Below the pieces are notes generated by a model that was not told the DNA's origin, ran no database searches, and saw nothing but the letters and a program-made list of their open reading frames with translations. The position numbers and the translations under genes are program-made. DNA of 64,000 nucleotides from Kiritimatiellia bacterium (GTDB lineage Bacteria; Verrucomicrobiota; Kiritimatiellia; RFP12; UBA1067): the NCBI GenBank assembly GCA_051884805.1, contig JBJEWA010000140.1:342-64341 (forward strand), written 5' to 3'. Shown piece after piece: positions 1-8,629 of the stretch; positions within the stretch are counted from its first letter, which is position 1; each line of letters opens with the position of its first letter.

Positions 1-1322
1 GCGTAGGCGTCCTGACCGTGCTCGGTCACGTCCAGACCCTTGAGCTCCGTCTTCTCGCTGACGCGGAGGATGCCCAGTTTCTTGAGGGCATAGAAGATCG
101 CCAGGCCGACGCCAAACGCCCACACGGCGGTCATGGCCACGCCGACCGTCTGCACGCCAAGGTACTTGAAGCCGCCGCCGTAGAAGAACCCGACCATCGA
201 GTTGCCGTAGCCGAGCGCCTCCGGCGCCGCGAAGAGGCCGACCGCCAGCGTACCCCACACGCCGTTCACGCAGTGGACGGAGACCGCGCCGACCGGATCG
301 TCGATGTGGATCTTGTCCATTGCGAAGACGGACAGGACGACGAGCACGCCGGCGACGAGGCCGATGATGATCGACGCGTTGCAGGTGACCTGGTCGCACG
401 GCGCGGTAATCGCGACGAGACCGGCGAGCGAGCCGTTGAGCGCCATGGTGAGGTCGGGCTTGCCCATGATCACCCAGGCGGTGACGAGCGCGGCGATCGT
501 GCCGGCGCAGGCGGCGAGGTTGGTGGTCATGGCGACGCGGCCGATCGAACCGATGCCGGCGGTGTAGCTGCCGGGGTTGAAGCCGAACCAGCCGATCCAG
601 AGCAGGAACACGCCGAGCGTGCCGAGCACGAGGCTGTGGCCCGGAATCGGGTTCGCCTTGCCGTCATGGCGGTACTTGCCGATGCGCGGGCCGAGCATAA
701 TCGCGCCGGCGAGCGCAATCCAGCCGCCGACGGAATGGACGACCGTCGAACCGGCGAAGTCATGGAAGCCCAAGGCCTCGATCCAGCCCTGCGAATCCGA
801 GCCCGCGAGCGAACCCCACATCCAGTGTCCGCTGATCGGATAGACGACCGCGCTCACGAGGACGGAGTAGATGAGGTAGCTCTTGAACTCGATGCGCTCG
901 GCCACCGCACCCGAGACGATCGTCGCGGCCGTGGCGGCAAACATGGTCTGGAAGAAGAAGAACGTCCAGTCCCAGATGCCCTCTCCGGTCGCAAGCGAGG
1001 GCATCCCGAGTCCGCCCCAGCCGAACCACCCCGCCGCCTTCGAGACGCCGAACATCAGCGCCGCGCCGAGGACGTAGAAGCCGACCGAGCCGGCCGCGAA
1101 GTCCATGAGGTTCTTCATCATGATGTTCGCCGCGTTCTTCGCCCGCGTGAAGCCGGTCTCGACCAGCGCGAATCCCGCCTGCATCGTAAAGACGAGAATG
1201 CCCGCGATAAGGGTCCAGACCACGTTCAGGTTGCTCTGCACGGCATCGGCGGTCTGCGGCTCCTCCGCGCAGGCAACCAACGAACCCAATGCCACGCCCA
1301 ACGATAGAATCAGTCTTTTCAT
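1..1322 (-). CDS. amtB: ammonium transporter Amt/MEP family, 3' end truncated by window start (a few C-terminal codons missing)
   Basis: Manual reverse-strand translation from ATG at 1322 (SD AAGGAG 5 nt upstream): MKRLILSLGVALGSLVACAEEPQTADAVQSNLNVVWTLIAGILVFTMQAGFALVETGF...LKGLDVTEHGQDAY. About 440 aa, continuous to the window edge, with a signal peptide and the typical Amt C-terminus. Missing from the ORF track because there is no in-window stop. Track ORFs 18..1307(+) and 760..1326(-) are wrong-frame shadows. Confidence 0.85.
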   Translation of the reverse strand, partial: MKRLILSLGVALGSLVACAEEPQTADAVQSNLNVVWTLIAGILVFTMQAGFALVETGFTRAKNAANIMMKNLMDFAAGSVGFYVLGAALMFGVSKAAGWFGWGGLGMPSLATGEGIWDWTFFFFQTMFAATAATIVSGAVAERIEFKSYLIYSVLVSAVVYPISGHWMWGSLAGSDSQGWIEALGFHDFAGSTVVHSVGGWIALAGAIMLGPRIGKYRHDGKANPIPGHSLVLGTLGVFLLWIGWFGFNPGSYTAGIGSIGRVAMTTNLAACAGTIAALVTAWVIMGKPDLTMALNGSLAGLVAITAPCDQVTCNASIIIGLVAGVLVVLSVFAMDKIHIDDPVGAVSVHCVNGVWGTLAVGLFAAPEALGYGNSMVGFFYGGGFKYLGVQTVGVAMTAVWAFGVGLAIFYALKKLGILRVSEKTELKGLDVTEHGQDAY

Positions 1323-1351
1323 ACAACTCCTTGAATGTTCAGTCGCCATGT

Positions 1352-1693
1352 TCAGCCTATGGCCGCGCCGCCCCGTTCGCCGGTGCGAATGCGGATGCAT
1401 TCGTCCATCGGCAAGACGAAAATCTTCCCGTCGCCGATCTCTCCGGTACGTGCGCCGGCAATGATGCCGTCGACGGTTTTCTCGACATAGTCGTCGTTGA
1501 CGGCGATTGCGAGCCGAAGTTTCTTCAGCAGCGTCACCTCCTCGATGGCGCCGCGATACTGGTGCAGATAACCCATCTGCTGCCCGCATCCGAGCGCATT
1601 GGAGACGGACATCTTGCAGATCTTGCGTTCGTACAAGGCCTGCTTCACGGCATTCAGCCGCTCCGGCTGAATGTAGGCGATAATCAGTTTCAT
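1352..1693 (-). CDS. glnK: nitrogen regulatory protein P-II (GlnK type), co-oriented 29 nt upstream of amt
   Basis: 113 aa [20 protein letters not shown]...[22 protein letters not shown] is a canonical PII fold sequence. The glnK-amtB arrangement is classical. Confidence 0.9.
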   Translation of the reverse strand: MKLIIAYIQPERLNAVKQALYERKICKMSVSNALGCGQQMGYLHQYRGAIEEVTLLKKLRLAIAVNDDYVEKTVDGIIAGARTGEIGDGKIFVLPMDECIRIRTGERGGAAIG

Positions 1694-1745
1694 CTTGTCT
1701 TCCCTTTACAATGTGACCGCGACCGGCGGTCTCCGAAAAGACAAA

Positions 1746-1761
1746 AGCAAAAGGCGTGCCA
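1746..1761 (-). promoter_or_regulatory. sigma54 (-24/-12) promoter for glnK-amtB
   Basis: Minus-strand sequence TGGCACgccttTTGCT matches the TGGCAC-N5-TTGCW consensus exactly. It lies about 55 nt upstream of the glnK ATG. Confidence 0.55.
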
Positions 1762-1793
1762 AAGCGCTGGCGGCGCCTGACGGGCGCATTTCA

Positions 1794-1808
1794 TTACACA
1801 GGGTGTAA
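1794..1808. promoter_or_regulatory. perfect 6-3-6 palindrome TTACAC-agg-GTGTAA upstream of the sigma54 promoter; candidate regulator site
   Basis: Inverted repeat seen directly, about 33 bp upstream of the -24 element. It does not match the canonical NtrC site, so its function is unknown. Confidence 0.3.
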
Positions 1809-1903
1809 ACTTTCGTCGTCCGCATCCAAAACCATGTCAGACCGACGACCAAGCCGACGGGGCTGCGGGTGCGCCGCCGGACACGGCGGACCAAGACAGC
1901 GGC

Positions 1904-2776
1904 TCAGAAACGCGGGAGCTTGGCCAGCGACTCGACCCGACCCTCCGGCTGAAAGCGCAGGCGCCAGACGTGTCCGTGCTCGTCGCGAAGTTCGCGCAGC
2001 ATCGCCTCATTCCGCCGATGGCAGGCGCAATCCAGCAGATTGGCCGCATAGACGACTTCCTTCGCCCAGTCGCTGCGGTCCGTCCACCGTTCGGCGGCGA
2101 GCCGCACGCCGCGCGCCACGCCGGCGATGTCGTCCAAGACGAACTGGGTCAGCCCCGGATGCCGCGAATAGCCGGCGTCGTGCGACAGGACGTTGAAGAG
2201 TTCCGAGCAGTGCTCCCGAACCGCGCCGCCGCGCAGGTAAAGCGTCCCGAGCCGCAGCAAGAGTCCGCCGAGCGGCGCGTCCATCACCCGGTCCAGTTCC
2301 TGTTCGAGATCCATCATGGACGACTTGGCACCGCCTGAGGCGAACGCGCCGCCCATGACGATGCCGGGCAGGGAGACGGCGACCGGCTGCCAGCAGTGTC
2401 CGTCGGAGAAGTCGGTGACAAGAAAGCCATGCGCCTTGCGCGCACGGCCCTGCGCCTCGACGCGGATCATCGCCTCGCGCATGGCTTCGACCCGTCCCGC
2501 CAGCGACCGTTCCGCCTCCGTGGAGACAACCGCGTAGTCGGCCCGGAGGAAAAGTTCCTCGTACGTCGCCCGCGTCGTCCGGATCAGCTCGATGCCCTGC
2601 ATGTCGCAGTAGGCCGCGAGCCTGCCGAAGTCCAGCGTGTCGGGGAACTCCCGTTCGACGAACGGCCGAAACTCGTTGTAGCGGTAGCGCGCGAGGATGT
2701 CGATAAGCTCCTGCAGCGTGCGCATCGTCGGCACACGGTCAGTCAGGTCCAGCAGATAGCCGCGCCGCTCAAACAC
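1904..2776 (-). CDS. hypothetical protein with beta-N-acetylhexosaminidase (GH20)-like TIM-barrel N-terminal region
   Basis: 290 aa. The N-terminus RGYLLDLTDRVPTMRTLQELIDILARYRYNEF resembles the RGxMLDxxRHFxxxxxIKxxIDxMAxxKxN start of the GH20 catalytic domain. The catalytic D-E pair was not identified. Weak call. Confidence 0.45.
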   Translation of the reverse strand: MFERRGYLLDLTDRVPTMRTLQELIDILARYRYNEFRPFVEREFPDTLDFGRLAAYCDMQGIELIRTTRATYEELFLRADYAVVSTEAERSLAGRVEAMREAMIRVEAQGRARKAHGFLVTDFSDGHCWQPVAVSLPGIVMGGAFASGGAKSSMMDLEQELDRVMDAPLGGLLLRLGTLYLRGGAVREHCSELFNVLSHDAGYSRHPGLTQFVLDDIAGVARGVRLAAERWTDRSDWAKEVVYAANLLDCACHRRNEAMLRELRDEHGHVWRLRFQPEGRVESLAKLPRF

Positions 2777-3368
2777 CGAGCAGCTCCCCCAACGCCGCCG
2801 AAAGGATCGCCAGGCAACGCTCCCGGTTGGCCTGGTACTGCCCGGTCATCGAACCTTTTCCCGCCACGTTCGTCACGCACTTGACGGAAAAGCACGGCAC
2901 GTTCGCCTGCAGGCAGACGTGCGCAATCGCGGCGCCCTCCATATCCCTGAGCGACGCGCCGAGATCCTTCGTGATGAGTGCGTAATCCGCCTCGCTGTCG
3001 TTGAAGCGGTCGCCGGTCGCAAGGACGAGCGAGGCGCGGACGCAGGCGGCGGAAAGCGGCGCGAACGGAAGATAGGGCGTGTCGAACCCGTCGAGCTGAC
3101 CGACACGCGTACCGTTGAGCTTCGCGAGGTCAAAGTCGTATTCGACCGCCTGGCCGACGGCATAGACGCCGCCGACCTCGACCCTGTCGCCGAACCCGCC
3201 ACACAGGCCGGCGTTCCAGATCTCGGTCGCGCCCGCGCAAAGCGCCTGCTGCGTCGCCGCGGCCGCATTGACCTTGCCGATGCCGCAGACGTACAGGCGA
3301 TCGCCGGGCTGCAGCCATGGCCGGACGCACGCCGCCTCGCATTCCATGGCGATGACAAACGCCCTCAC
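2769..3368 (-). CDS. mtnN: 5'-methylthioadenosine/S-adenosylhomocysteine nucleosidase (PNP_UDP_1 family)
   Basis: 199 aa, MRAFVIAMECEA...VTNVAG nucleosidase-type fold motifs. Sits next to an MTA/SAH deaminase. Confidence 0.7.
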   Translation of the reverse strand: MRAFVIAMECEAACVRPWLQPGDRLYVCGIGKVNAAAATQQALCAGATEIWNAGLCGGFGDRVEVGGVYAVGQAVEYDFDLAKLNGTRVGQLDGFDTPYLPFAPLSAACVRASLVLATGDRFNDSEADYALITKDLGASLRDMEGAAIAHVCLQANVPCFSVKCVTNVAGKGSMTGQYQANRERCLAILSAALGELLGV

Positions 3369-4633
3369 AGGCCAAGCCTCCGGACTGCGCGCAGGAAATC
3401 CGCCTTGGCCCGTTCCCGGTTCGGGTCCGTCGCCTGTCGTTCCCGGTCATAGACGACCTTGCCGTCGATCACCGTCATCGTCACGTCGCTCGCGTGCATC
3501 GAATGGACGACCAGACCGGGAAGGTCGAGGCACGGCGTCAGGTGCGGCCGGTCCAAGTCGATGACGCACAGGTCGGCCCGCTTGCCGACGGCAATCGCCC
3601 CCGAATCCTTCAGCCCGAGCGCCCGCGCCCCGTTGGCCGTCGCCATGTCAATGACCTCCCAGGCCGACAGCACGGCGGGATCCCTCGCCAGTCCCTTGTG
3701 CACGAGCGAGGCGAGGTGCATTTCCTCGAACAGGTCGAGGTTGTCGTTCGACGCACAGCCGTCAGTTCCGAGCGCCACGTTGACGCCGAGTTCCATCGCC
3801 CGCGGCACGCGCGCGAAGCCGCTGCCGAGCTTCATGTTGCTCGTCGGGTTGTGGACCATGGAGACGCCCTTTTCGGCCATGATCCGGAAATCGTCGTCGG
3901 TACACCATACGCAGTGGGCGGCATAGCCGCCGTAATCGAAGATGCCCGTGTCCGCCAGATAGGCGATCGGCGTCTTGCCGTGGCGCTTCAGGCACTCGGA
4001 ATGTTCCTTTTCCGTCTCCGAAACATGCACGTGCACCGGACGCTTCAGCTCGCGGTTCGCCGCCGCCAGGTCGCGGCAGAACCTCTCGTCCGTCAGATAT
4101 TCGGAATGCAGGCAGACGTCGGCCGCGACCAGGGACGGTGCGCCGAGGGACGCGGACTGCCGGTTGCAGTCGCGGGTGAAGGCGACGCATTCCTCCAGCC
4201 GGCCGGGCACGAAGCCGAGTCCCACGCGGCAGACGCGGCCCTTCATGCCCGCCGCCCGAAGCGCCCGCACCATCATGTCCGGAAAATCGTACATATCGGC
4301 GACCGCCGTCGTGCCGCCGGCGAGCATCTCAAGGATTCCCCAGACGCTGCCGGCGTAGACGTCCTCCGGCGTCATCTTCGCCTCAACGGGGAAGATCGCC
4401 TCTTCAAGCCACCGCTGCAGCGGCAGTCCGCCACCCAGCCCGCGCACGAGGGTCATGGCGGTATGTCCGTGGCAGTTGACGAGACCGGGCAGGACGAGCC
4501 GGGTGGCGGACGAGGCTGACGGCTGCGGACGGAGCGTGACGGCGGAAATCGCGCCGCCGTCGACTTCAATCGAGCCATAGCCGACCTGATGGCCGGGCAG
4601 GAGCATCCAGCAGTCTTCAAACGTCATCTTCAT
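3365..4633 (-). CDS. mtaD: amidohydrolase, probable 5-methylthioadenosine/S-adenosylhomocysteine deaminase
   Basis: 422 aa with metal-dependent amidohydrolase HxH motif (NCHGHTAMT), HVHVSE and ALGTDG motifs. Paired with mtnN. Start uncertain: it overlaps the coaB end by 17 nt if taken at 4633. Confidence 0.7.
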   Translation of the reverse strand: MKMTFEDCWMLLPGHQVGYGSIEVDGGAISAVTLRPQPSASSATRLVLPGLVNCHGHTAMTLVRGLGGGLPLQRWLEEAIFPVEAKMTPEDVYAGSVWGILEMLAGGTTAVADMYDFPDMMVRALRAAGMKGRVCRVGLGFVPGRLEECVAFTRDCNRQSASLGAPSLVAADVCLHSEYLTDERFCRDLAAANRELKRPVHVHVSETEKEHSECLKRHGKTPIAYLADTGIFDYGGYAAHCVWCTDDDFRIMAEKGVSMVHNPTSNMKLGSGFARVPRAMELGVNVALGTDGCASNDNLDLFEEMHLASLVHKGLARDPAVLSAWEVIDMATANGARALGLKDSGAIAVGKRADLCVIDLDRPHLTPCLDLPGLVVHSMHASDVTMTVIDGKVVYDRERQATDPNRERAKADFLRAVRRLGL

Positions 4634-5306
4634 GCCGACCGGTCAACTCCGATATTTCGTCGAGAATCCGCCGCGCCACCGCCCGCTTCGTCATCAGCGG
4701 CAGCTTCTTCAGCCGGCCGTCGGGGAAGACGAACGAGACGCGGTTCGTATCCGTGCCGAAGCCGCAGCCGCTCTCCGTCACGTCGTTGGCGACGACGAAG
4801 GCGAGCCGCTTTTCGCGGCACTTGCGCGAAGCCTCGGACAGGACGTCGTTCGTCTCCGCGGCAAAGCCGACAAGGCGGAGGGCCGTGGGGGCGTGACACC
4901 GGGAGGAGGAAAGCGTCTTCAGGATGTCGGGGTTGCGGACAAGCCGCAGCGTCGGGGACATCTTGCCTTTCTTGAGCTTCTTCGCCGCACATTGCGCAGG
5001 CCGCCAGTCCGCCACGGCGGCAGTCGCGACAAAGACGGTCTCCGCGCACGGCGTGACGGCGGCGACCGCCGCCTGACAGGCCGCCAGCATCTCGCGCGCG
5101 GAAACAACGTCGATCCGCCGCACGCCCGGCGGCGTCCTGAGCGCGACGGGGCCGGCGACCAGCGTCACCTCATGTCCGCGTCTCGCCGCCTCGGCCGCAA
5201 TCGCGAACCCCATCTTGCCGGTCGAGGGGTTGGAAAGGAAGCGCACCGGGTCGAGATGCTCGCGCGTCGGCCCGGCGGTAACGACAAGACGGAGCCGGCC
5301 CTTCAT
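4617..5306 (-). CDS. coaB: phosphopantothenate--cysteine ligase (CoaB domain only, no CoaC flavoprotein half)
   Basis: 229 aa. Aligns closely with the E. coli Dfp C-terminal half: LVVTAGPTREHLDPVRFLSNPSTGKMGFAIAAEAARRG ... FAAETN ... ANDV. Confidence 0.8.
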   Translation of the reverse strand: MKGRLRLVVTAGPTREHLDPVRFLSNPSTGKMGFAIAAEAARRGHEVTLVAGPVALRTPPGVRRIDVVSAREMLAACQAAVAAVTPCAETVFVATAAVADWRPAQCAAKKLKKGKMSPTLRLVRNPDILKTLSSSRCHAPTALRLVGFAAETNDVLSEASRKCREKRLAFVVANDVTESGCGFGTDTNRVSFVFPDGRLKKLPLMTKRAVARRILDEISELTGRHEDDV

Positions 5307-5589
5307 TGCCGCACCTTCGCCTCAAGCCGGGCCGGGGTGACGCCGCGCAACAGGATGCGCTTCGTCTTCGAGGTTTCGCCGCTCCGGAAGACGACGGCGC
5401 TCTTCGGCAAGTCAAAGGCATCCGCCAGGGTCTCGACCAGTTCCCGGTTCGCCTTGCCGTCGACCGGCGCACACCGGATCCGGACCTTGACCGCCTCGCC
5501 CCAGAGGCCGTCGATGCCCGAACGCGAGGAACGCGGCTGCGCCCTCACGTTCAGGATCACGCCTTCCGGCGTCTCGGCGAAATACCCCA
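5303..5589 (-). CDS. DUF167/YggU family protein (UPF0235)
   Basis: About 95 aa from a GTG start: VGYFAETPEGVILNVRAQPRSSRSGIDGLWGEAVKVRIRCAPVDGKANRELVETLADAFDLPKSAVVFRSGETSKTKRILLRG. Matches YggU hallmarks (APxDGKAN, GxxSRxK). Hidden inside the longer junk ORF 5303..5938. Confidence 0.6.
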
Positions 5590-5594
5590 CGGCC

Positions 5595-6893
5595 TTAGTG
5601 GCGGAAGCTGCGCTGGCCGGTGAACACCATGGCGACGCCCGCTTCGTTCGCGCAGTCGATGACGTCCCAGTCGCGAATCGCGCCGCCCGGCTGGACGACC
5701 GAGGTGATGCCTTCGCGCAAGCCGACCTCAAGCCCGTCGCGGAACGGGAAGAACGCGTCGGACACCATCGCGCACCCCGGAAGCCCGCCCTTCTCGGCCT
5801 TCGTCTGCTCCATGATCTCGGCCTGTTTCCGCGCGCCGTCCGCTTCGCCGAAGGCGAGCCGGAGGTCGTTGAACGGCTTCTGGTACTTCTCCCAGGCGAT
5901 CCAGTCCGCGCGTTTCGTGTACGCCTTGTCGCGCGCAATCTCGGCGACGCCGACGCGATCCTGCTCGCCCGTGCCGATGCCGACCGTGGCCCCGTCCTTC
6001 ACGTAAATGACCGAGTTGGACGTCACGCCCGCCTCGACCAACCAGCCGAACACGAGATCCTCGTATTCCTTCGCCGTCGGCAGCCGGTTGATCCGGTATT
6101 CCCTGAAGCTGACCTCGCCCGTCGCCTGGTCGGTGAGCTTGCGTCTGCAGCAGGCCGGCATGAAGTCCTCCGGCCGACGGGCGTTCGCGCTGAACGAGGT
6201 CTGCGCGACGATGCCGCCGTCGATGAGCGACTTGAAGTCGACGACGTGCTTCGCGACAAAGTCCGTCAGGCGGTCCATGTTCCGGATCCGGAAGACGCGC
6301 AGGTTCTTCTTCGTCGCGAAAAGGTCCATCACGCCCGGCTTGAAGTCGGGCGCCACGACGACCTCCGCGTAGTTCTCGACGATCAGCTTCGCCGTCTCAA
6401 GGTCGCATTCCCGGTTCAGGGCGATCGCACCGCCGAACGCCGCCAGCCGGTCCGCCCTGTTCGCGCGAAAGTACGCCTCGGCCAGCGTCGAACCCGTCGC
6501 CACGCCGCACGGGTTGTTGTGCTTGACGATGACCGCGCACGGCTTGTCCATGAGATAGCGCAGGATGTTGAGCGCGTTGTCCGTGTCCGTCACGTTCGTC
6601 TTGCCCGGGTGCTTGCCCGACTGCAGCAGCTCCGGCACCGACGCGAGGTACTGCCCCGCCTGGAGCATCTCGACGTCGCCCAGCACGAGATTGCCGTTCA
6701 CGAGCCGGTAGAGTGCGGCCTCCTGCCCCGGGTTCTCGCCGTAGCGCAGACCCTTCTCCTCGCCGCCGATGTTCCACGTCACCTTCTCGTACTGGAACGT
6801 CTGGCGCCGGTCGCCGTCGATGAACGAGATTTCCAGCTTCGGCGCAAAGTGATCGGCTTCAATCGTCTTGTAGGCTGCCTTAAGGTCTTTCAT
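5595..6893 (-). CDS. purH: AICAR formyltransferase-domain protein (PurH lacking the N-terminal MGS/IMP cyclohydrolase domain)
   Basis: About 432 aa from MKDLKAAYK. Contains LRYGENP, NPCGVA, AFGGAIALN, KKNLRVF, SDAFFPF and a C-terminal QPGGAIRD...AMVFTGQRSFRH. No roughly 200 aa MGS-like domain is present upstream. Confidence 0.8.
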   Translation of the reverse strand: MKDLKAAYKTIEADHFAPKLEISFIDGDRRQTFQYEKVTWNIGGEEKGLRYGENPGQEAALYRLVNGNLVLGDVEMLQAGQYLASVPELLQSGKHPGKTNVTDTDNALNILRYLMDKPCAVIVKHNNPCGVATGSTLAEAYFRANRADRLAAFGGAIALNRECDLETAKLIVENYAEVVVAPDFKPGVMDLFATKKNLRVFRIRNMDRLTDFVAKHVVDFKSLIDGGIVAQTSFSANARRPEDFMPACCRRKLTDQATGEVSFREYRINRLPTAKEYEDLVFGWLVEAGVTSNSVIYVKDGATVGIGTGEQDRVGVAEIARDKAYTKRADWIAWEKYQKPFNDLRLAFGEADGARKQAEIMEQTKAEKGGLPGCAMVSDAFFPFRDGLEVGLREGITSVVQPGGAIRDWDVIDCANEAGVAMVFTGQRSFRH

Positions 6894-6945
6894 GGTGTTC
6901 TCTCCCGGTTTCCGGCCATTGTCCGCATCAAAATCCCAACCGCCC

Positions 6946-7902
6946 TCAGTCTTTCCGCCGACCCTTGCCCATGCCAAAGAGCCTGAGCGCCGCGCGGAAG
7001 TCCGCCGGCAGCGGCGAATGGACGTTGATCTGGGCGCGCATCTCGATCGGATCCGGCAGCGTCAGCGTCGAGGCGTGCAGCATTTGCCGCGGCACCTGCA
7101 TAAGCCGCGGATCGCGCGCGTTCTTAAGCCCGAAGACCCGGTCGCCGACGACCGGATGGCGGACGGACGCCAGATGGCGCCGGATCTGGTTGGTGCGACC
7201 GGTCTCGATGCGCACGCGGAGGAAGGACGCGTCCTCGCCCGTCGCCTCGCGCGTCACCTTCGACACGGCCGGCTGGCCGTCAATCGGCGCATCGATGACG
7301 TAATGGACGAATCTGAAACTGCCCGTCACGACGGCGTGATAGGTCTTCGACACCTTGTGCGTCTTGAAGACTTCGACCGCCGCCAGGTGCGCGGCGTGGT
7401 TCTTCGCCAGCAGCAGGCATCCCGTCGTGTCGCGGTCAAGCCGATGCACGGCCTCAAGCGTCGGAATCCGCTCCTGTTCGCGCAGAACCGCCTCGACGGA
7501 CTTCGGATCGTCGCAGCTCACCATTCCCGCCGGCTTGTCGCAGACCAGATAATTGTCGTTCTGCCAGAGGACGCGGACATGACGCTTCGCGACGACCGGC
7601 GAGAGGCCGCGGTCCGCCGACCCGGACTGCGGGGAGCGGTCGTCGCAGGCGACGGACTGCCGCTGCGCGCCCCGCACGACCCGCAGCGGAATCTCGACGA
7701 GATCGCCGGTCCGCAGGGCGAAGCGGGCGATCCACACGCACTTGCGGTTGACCCAGACGGAACGGCCGTCGATCATGGCCTTGGCCGTCCGGCGCGAAAG
7801 CGCAAACTTGTGCGCGAGGAAATCCTGCAGGACCCTGGGGTCGGGCTTGCCGACCATCAGCGAAGAGATGCCCGTCGCATGCTGCGGCGCCTTGCGTACC
7901 AT
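6946..7902 (-). CDS. RluA-family pseudouridine synthase (RluC/RluD-like)
   Basis: 318 aa with the catalytic motif HRLDRDTTGCLLLAKN and an S4-like N-terminus. Confidence 0.8.
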   Translation of the reverse strand: MVRKAPQHATGISSLMVGKPDPRVLQDFLAHKFALSRRTAKAMIDGRSVWVNRKCVWIARFALRTGDLVEIPLRVVRGAQRQSVACDDRSPQSGSADRGLSPVVAKRHVRVLWQNDNYLVCDKPAGMVSCDDPKSVEAVLREQERIPTLEAVHRLDRDTTGCLLLAKNHAAHLAAVEVFKTHKVSKTYHAVVTGSFRFVHYVIDAPIDGQPAVSKVTREATGEDASFLRVRIETGRTNQIRRHLASVRHPVVGDRVFGLKNARDPRLMQVPRQMLHASTLTLPDPIEMRAQINVHSPLPADFRAALRLFGMGKGRRKD

Positions 7903-8609
7903 CAGAGCCTCCGAATGTTGCCGACAACGCCCGTCGTCTTGCGCCCGTGCACATCGGGCGCGAGGACGACCTCGGCTTTCGCCGGGCCGCCGCCCAGCTC
8001 GACGGCGACGGCATCCGTCACCTCGCCGGAGAGGGCGCGGCGGAAATCCCGCGCCAGCCGCTCTCCGCCGACGAAGTCGGCGAGAACGCGCTGCCGGGCC
8101 TCGTCGACGGTCTTGAGCCCGAACAGGGACAGGAAAGCCGCGTTGGCCTCGAGCACGCGCCCGTCGGCATCGCAGGCGAAAAGCGCGTCCCGCGAGCGTT
8201 CAAAGGCGTTCGCCTTGGACCACAGGGCGTTCATATAGGCCCGCCGTCGCTCGACGTTGCGAATCGTGAAGATGAGGTCGCCGGGGTTCATCAGGTCGAT
8301 GGACGACACGGCCACCTCGCAGGCGACCTTCGCGCCGGCGCTGTCCACGCCGTTGGCGTCGACGATGACATGGCGGTCGCCGGCCAGCCCGCGGCGGATG
8401 CGGGCGACCACCTCCTGCTTGAGACCGGGAATCAGCACCGAGACCGGCTGGTCCACGAGTTCGTCCGCCTCGCGGCCGAAATACTCGACCGTCCGGGGAT
8501 TGACCTCGATGATATGCCCGTTGGGGTCGGTGATGACCACAGCGTCGTACATCCCGGCCAGGAACTGGCGGAAAAGCGACTTGCGGTCTTTGGGTATGAA
8601 TAGCGCCAT
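7902..8609 (-). CDS. tandem PAS-domain sensor protein with no output domain
   Basis: 235 aa with two PAS-like blocks (YDAVVITDPNGHIIEVNPRTVEYFG ; RDALFACDADGRVLEANAAFLSLFG). Confidence 0.7.
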   Translation of the reverse strand: MALFIPKDRKSLFRQFLAGMYDAVVITDPNGHIIEVNPRTVEYFGREADELVDQPVSVLIPGLKQEVVARIRRGLAGDRHVIVDANGVDSAGAKVACEVAVSSIDLMNPGDLIFTIRNVERRRAYMNALWSKANAFERSRDALFACDADGRVLEANAAFLSLFGLKTVDEARQRVLADFVGGERLARDFRRALSGEVTDAVAVELGGGPAKAEVVLAPDVHGRKTTGVVGNIRRL

Positions 8610-8629
8610 TGCCGAGCAATTATATCAAA

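Noticed and set aside
18-1307. 429-aa plus-strand ORF (and the 760..1326 minus-strand ORF) over the first 1.3 kb
   Set aside because: Low-complexity Arg/Ala/Asp-rich translation. The opposite strand, in another frame, encodes a full-length conserved Amt transporter with a proper RBS. These are antisense or out-of-frame shadows.
4632-6986. 784-aa plus-strand ORF
   Set aside because: It lies opposite coaB, the DUF167 gene and purH, which all have clear homolog-like translations. Its Arg/Ala-rich composition is typical of GC-rich antisense frames.
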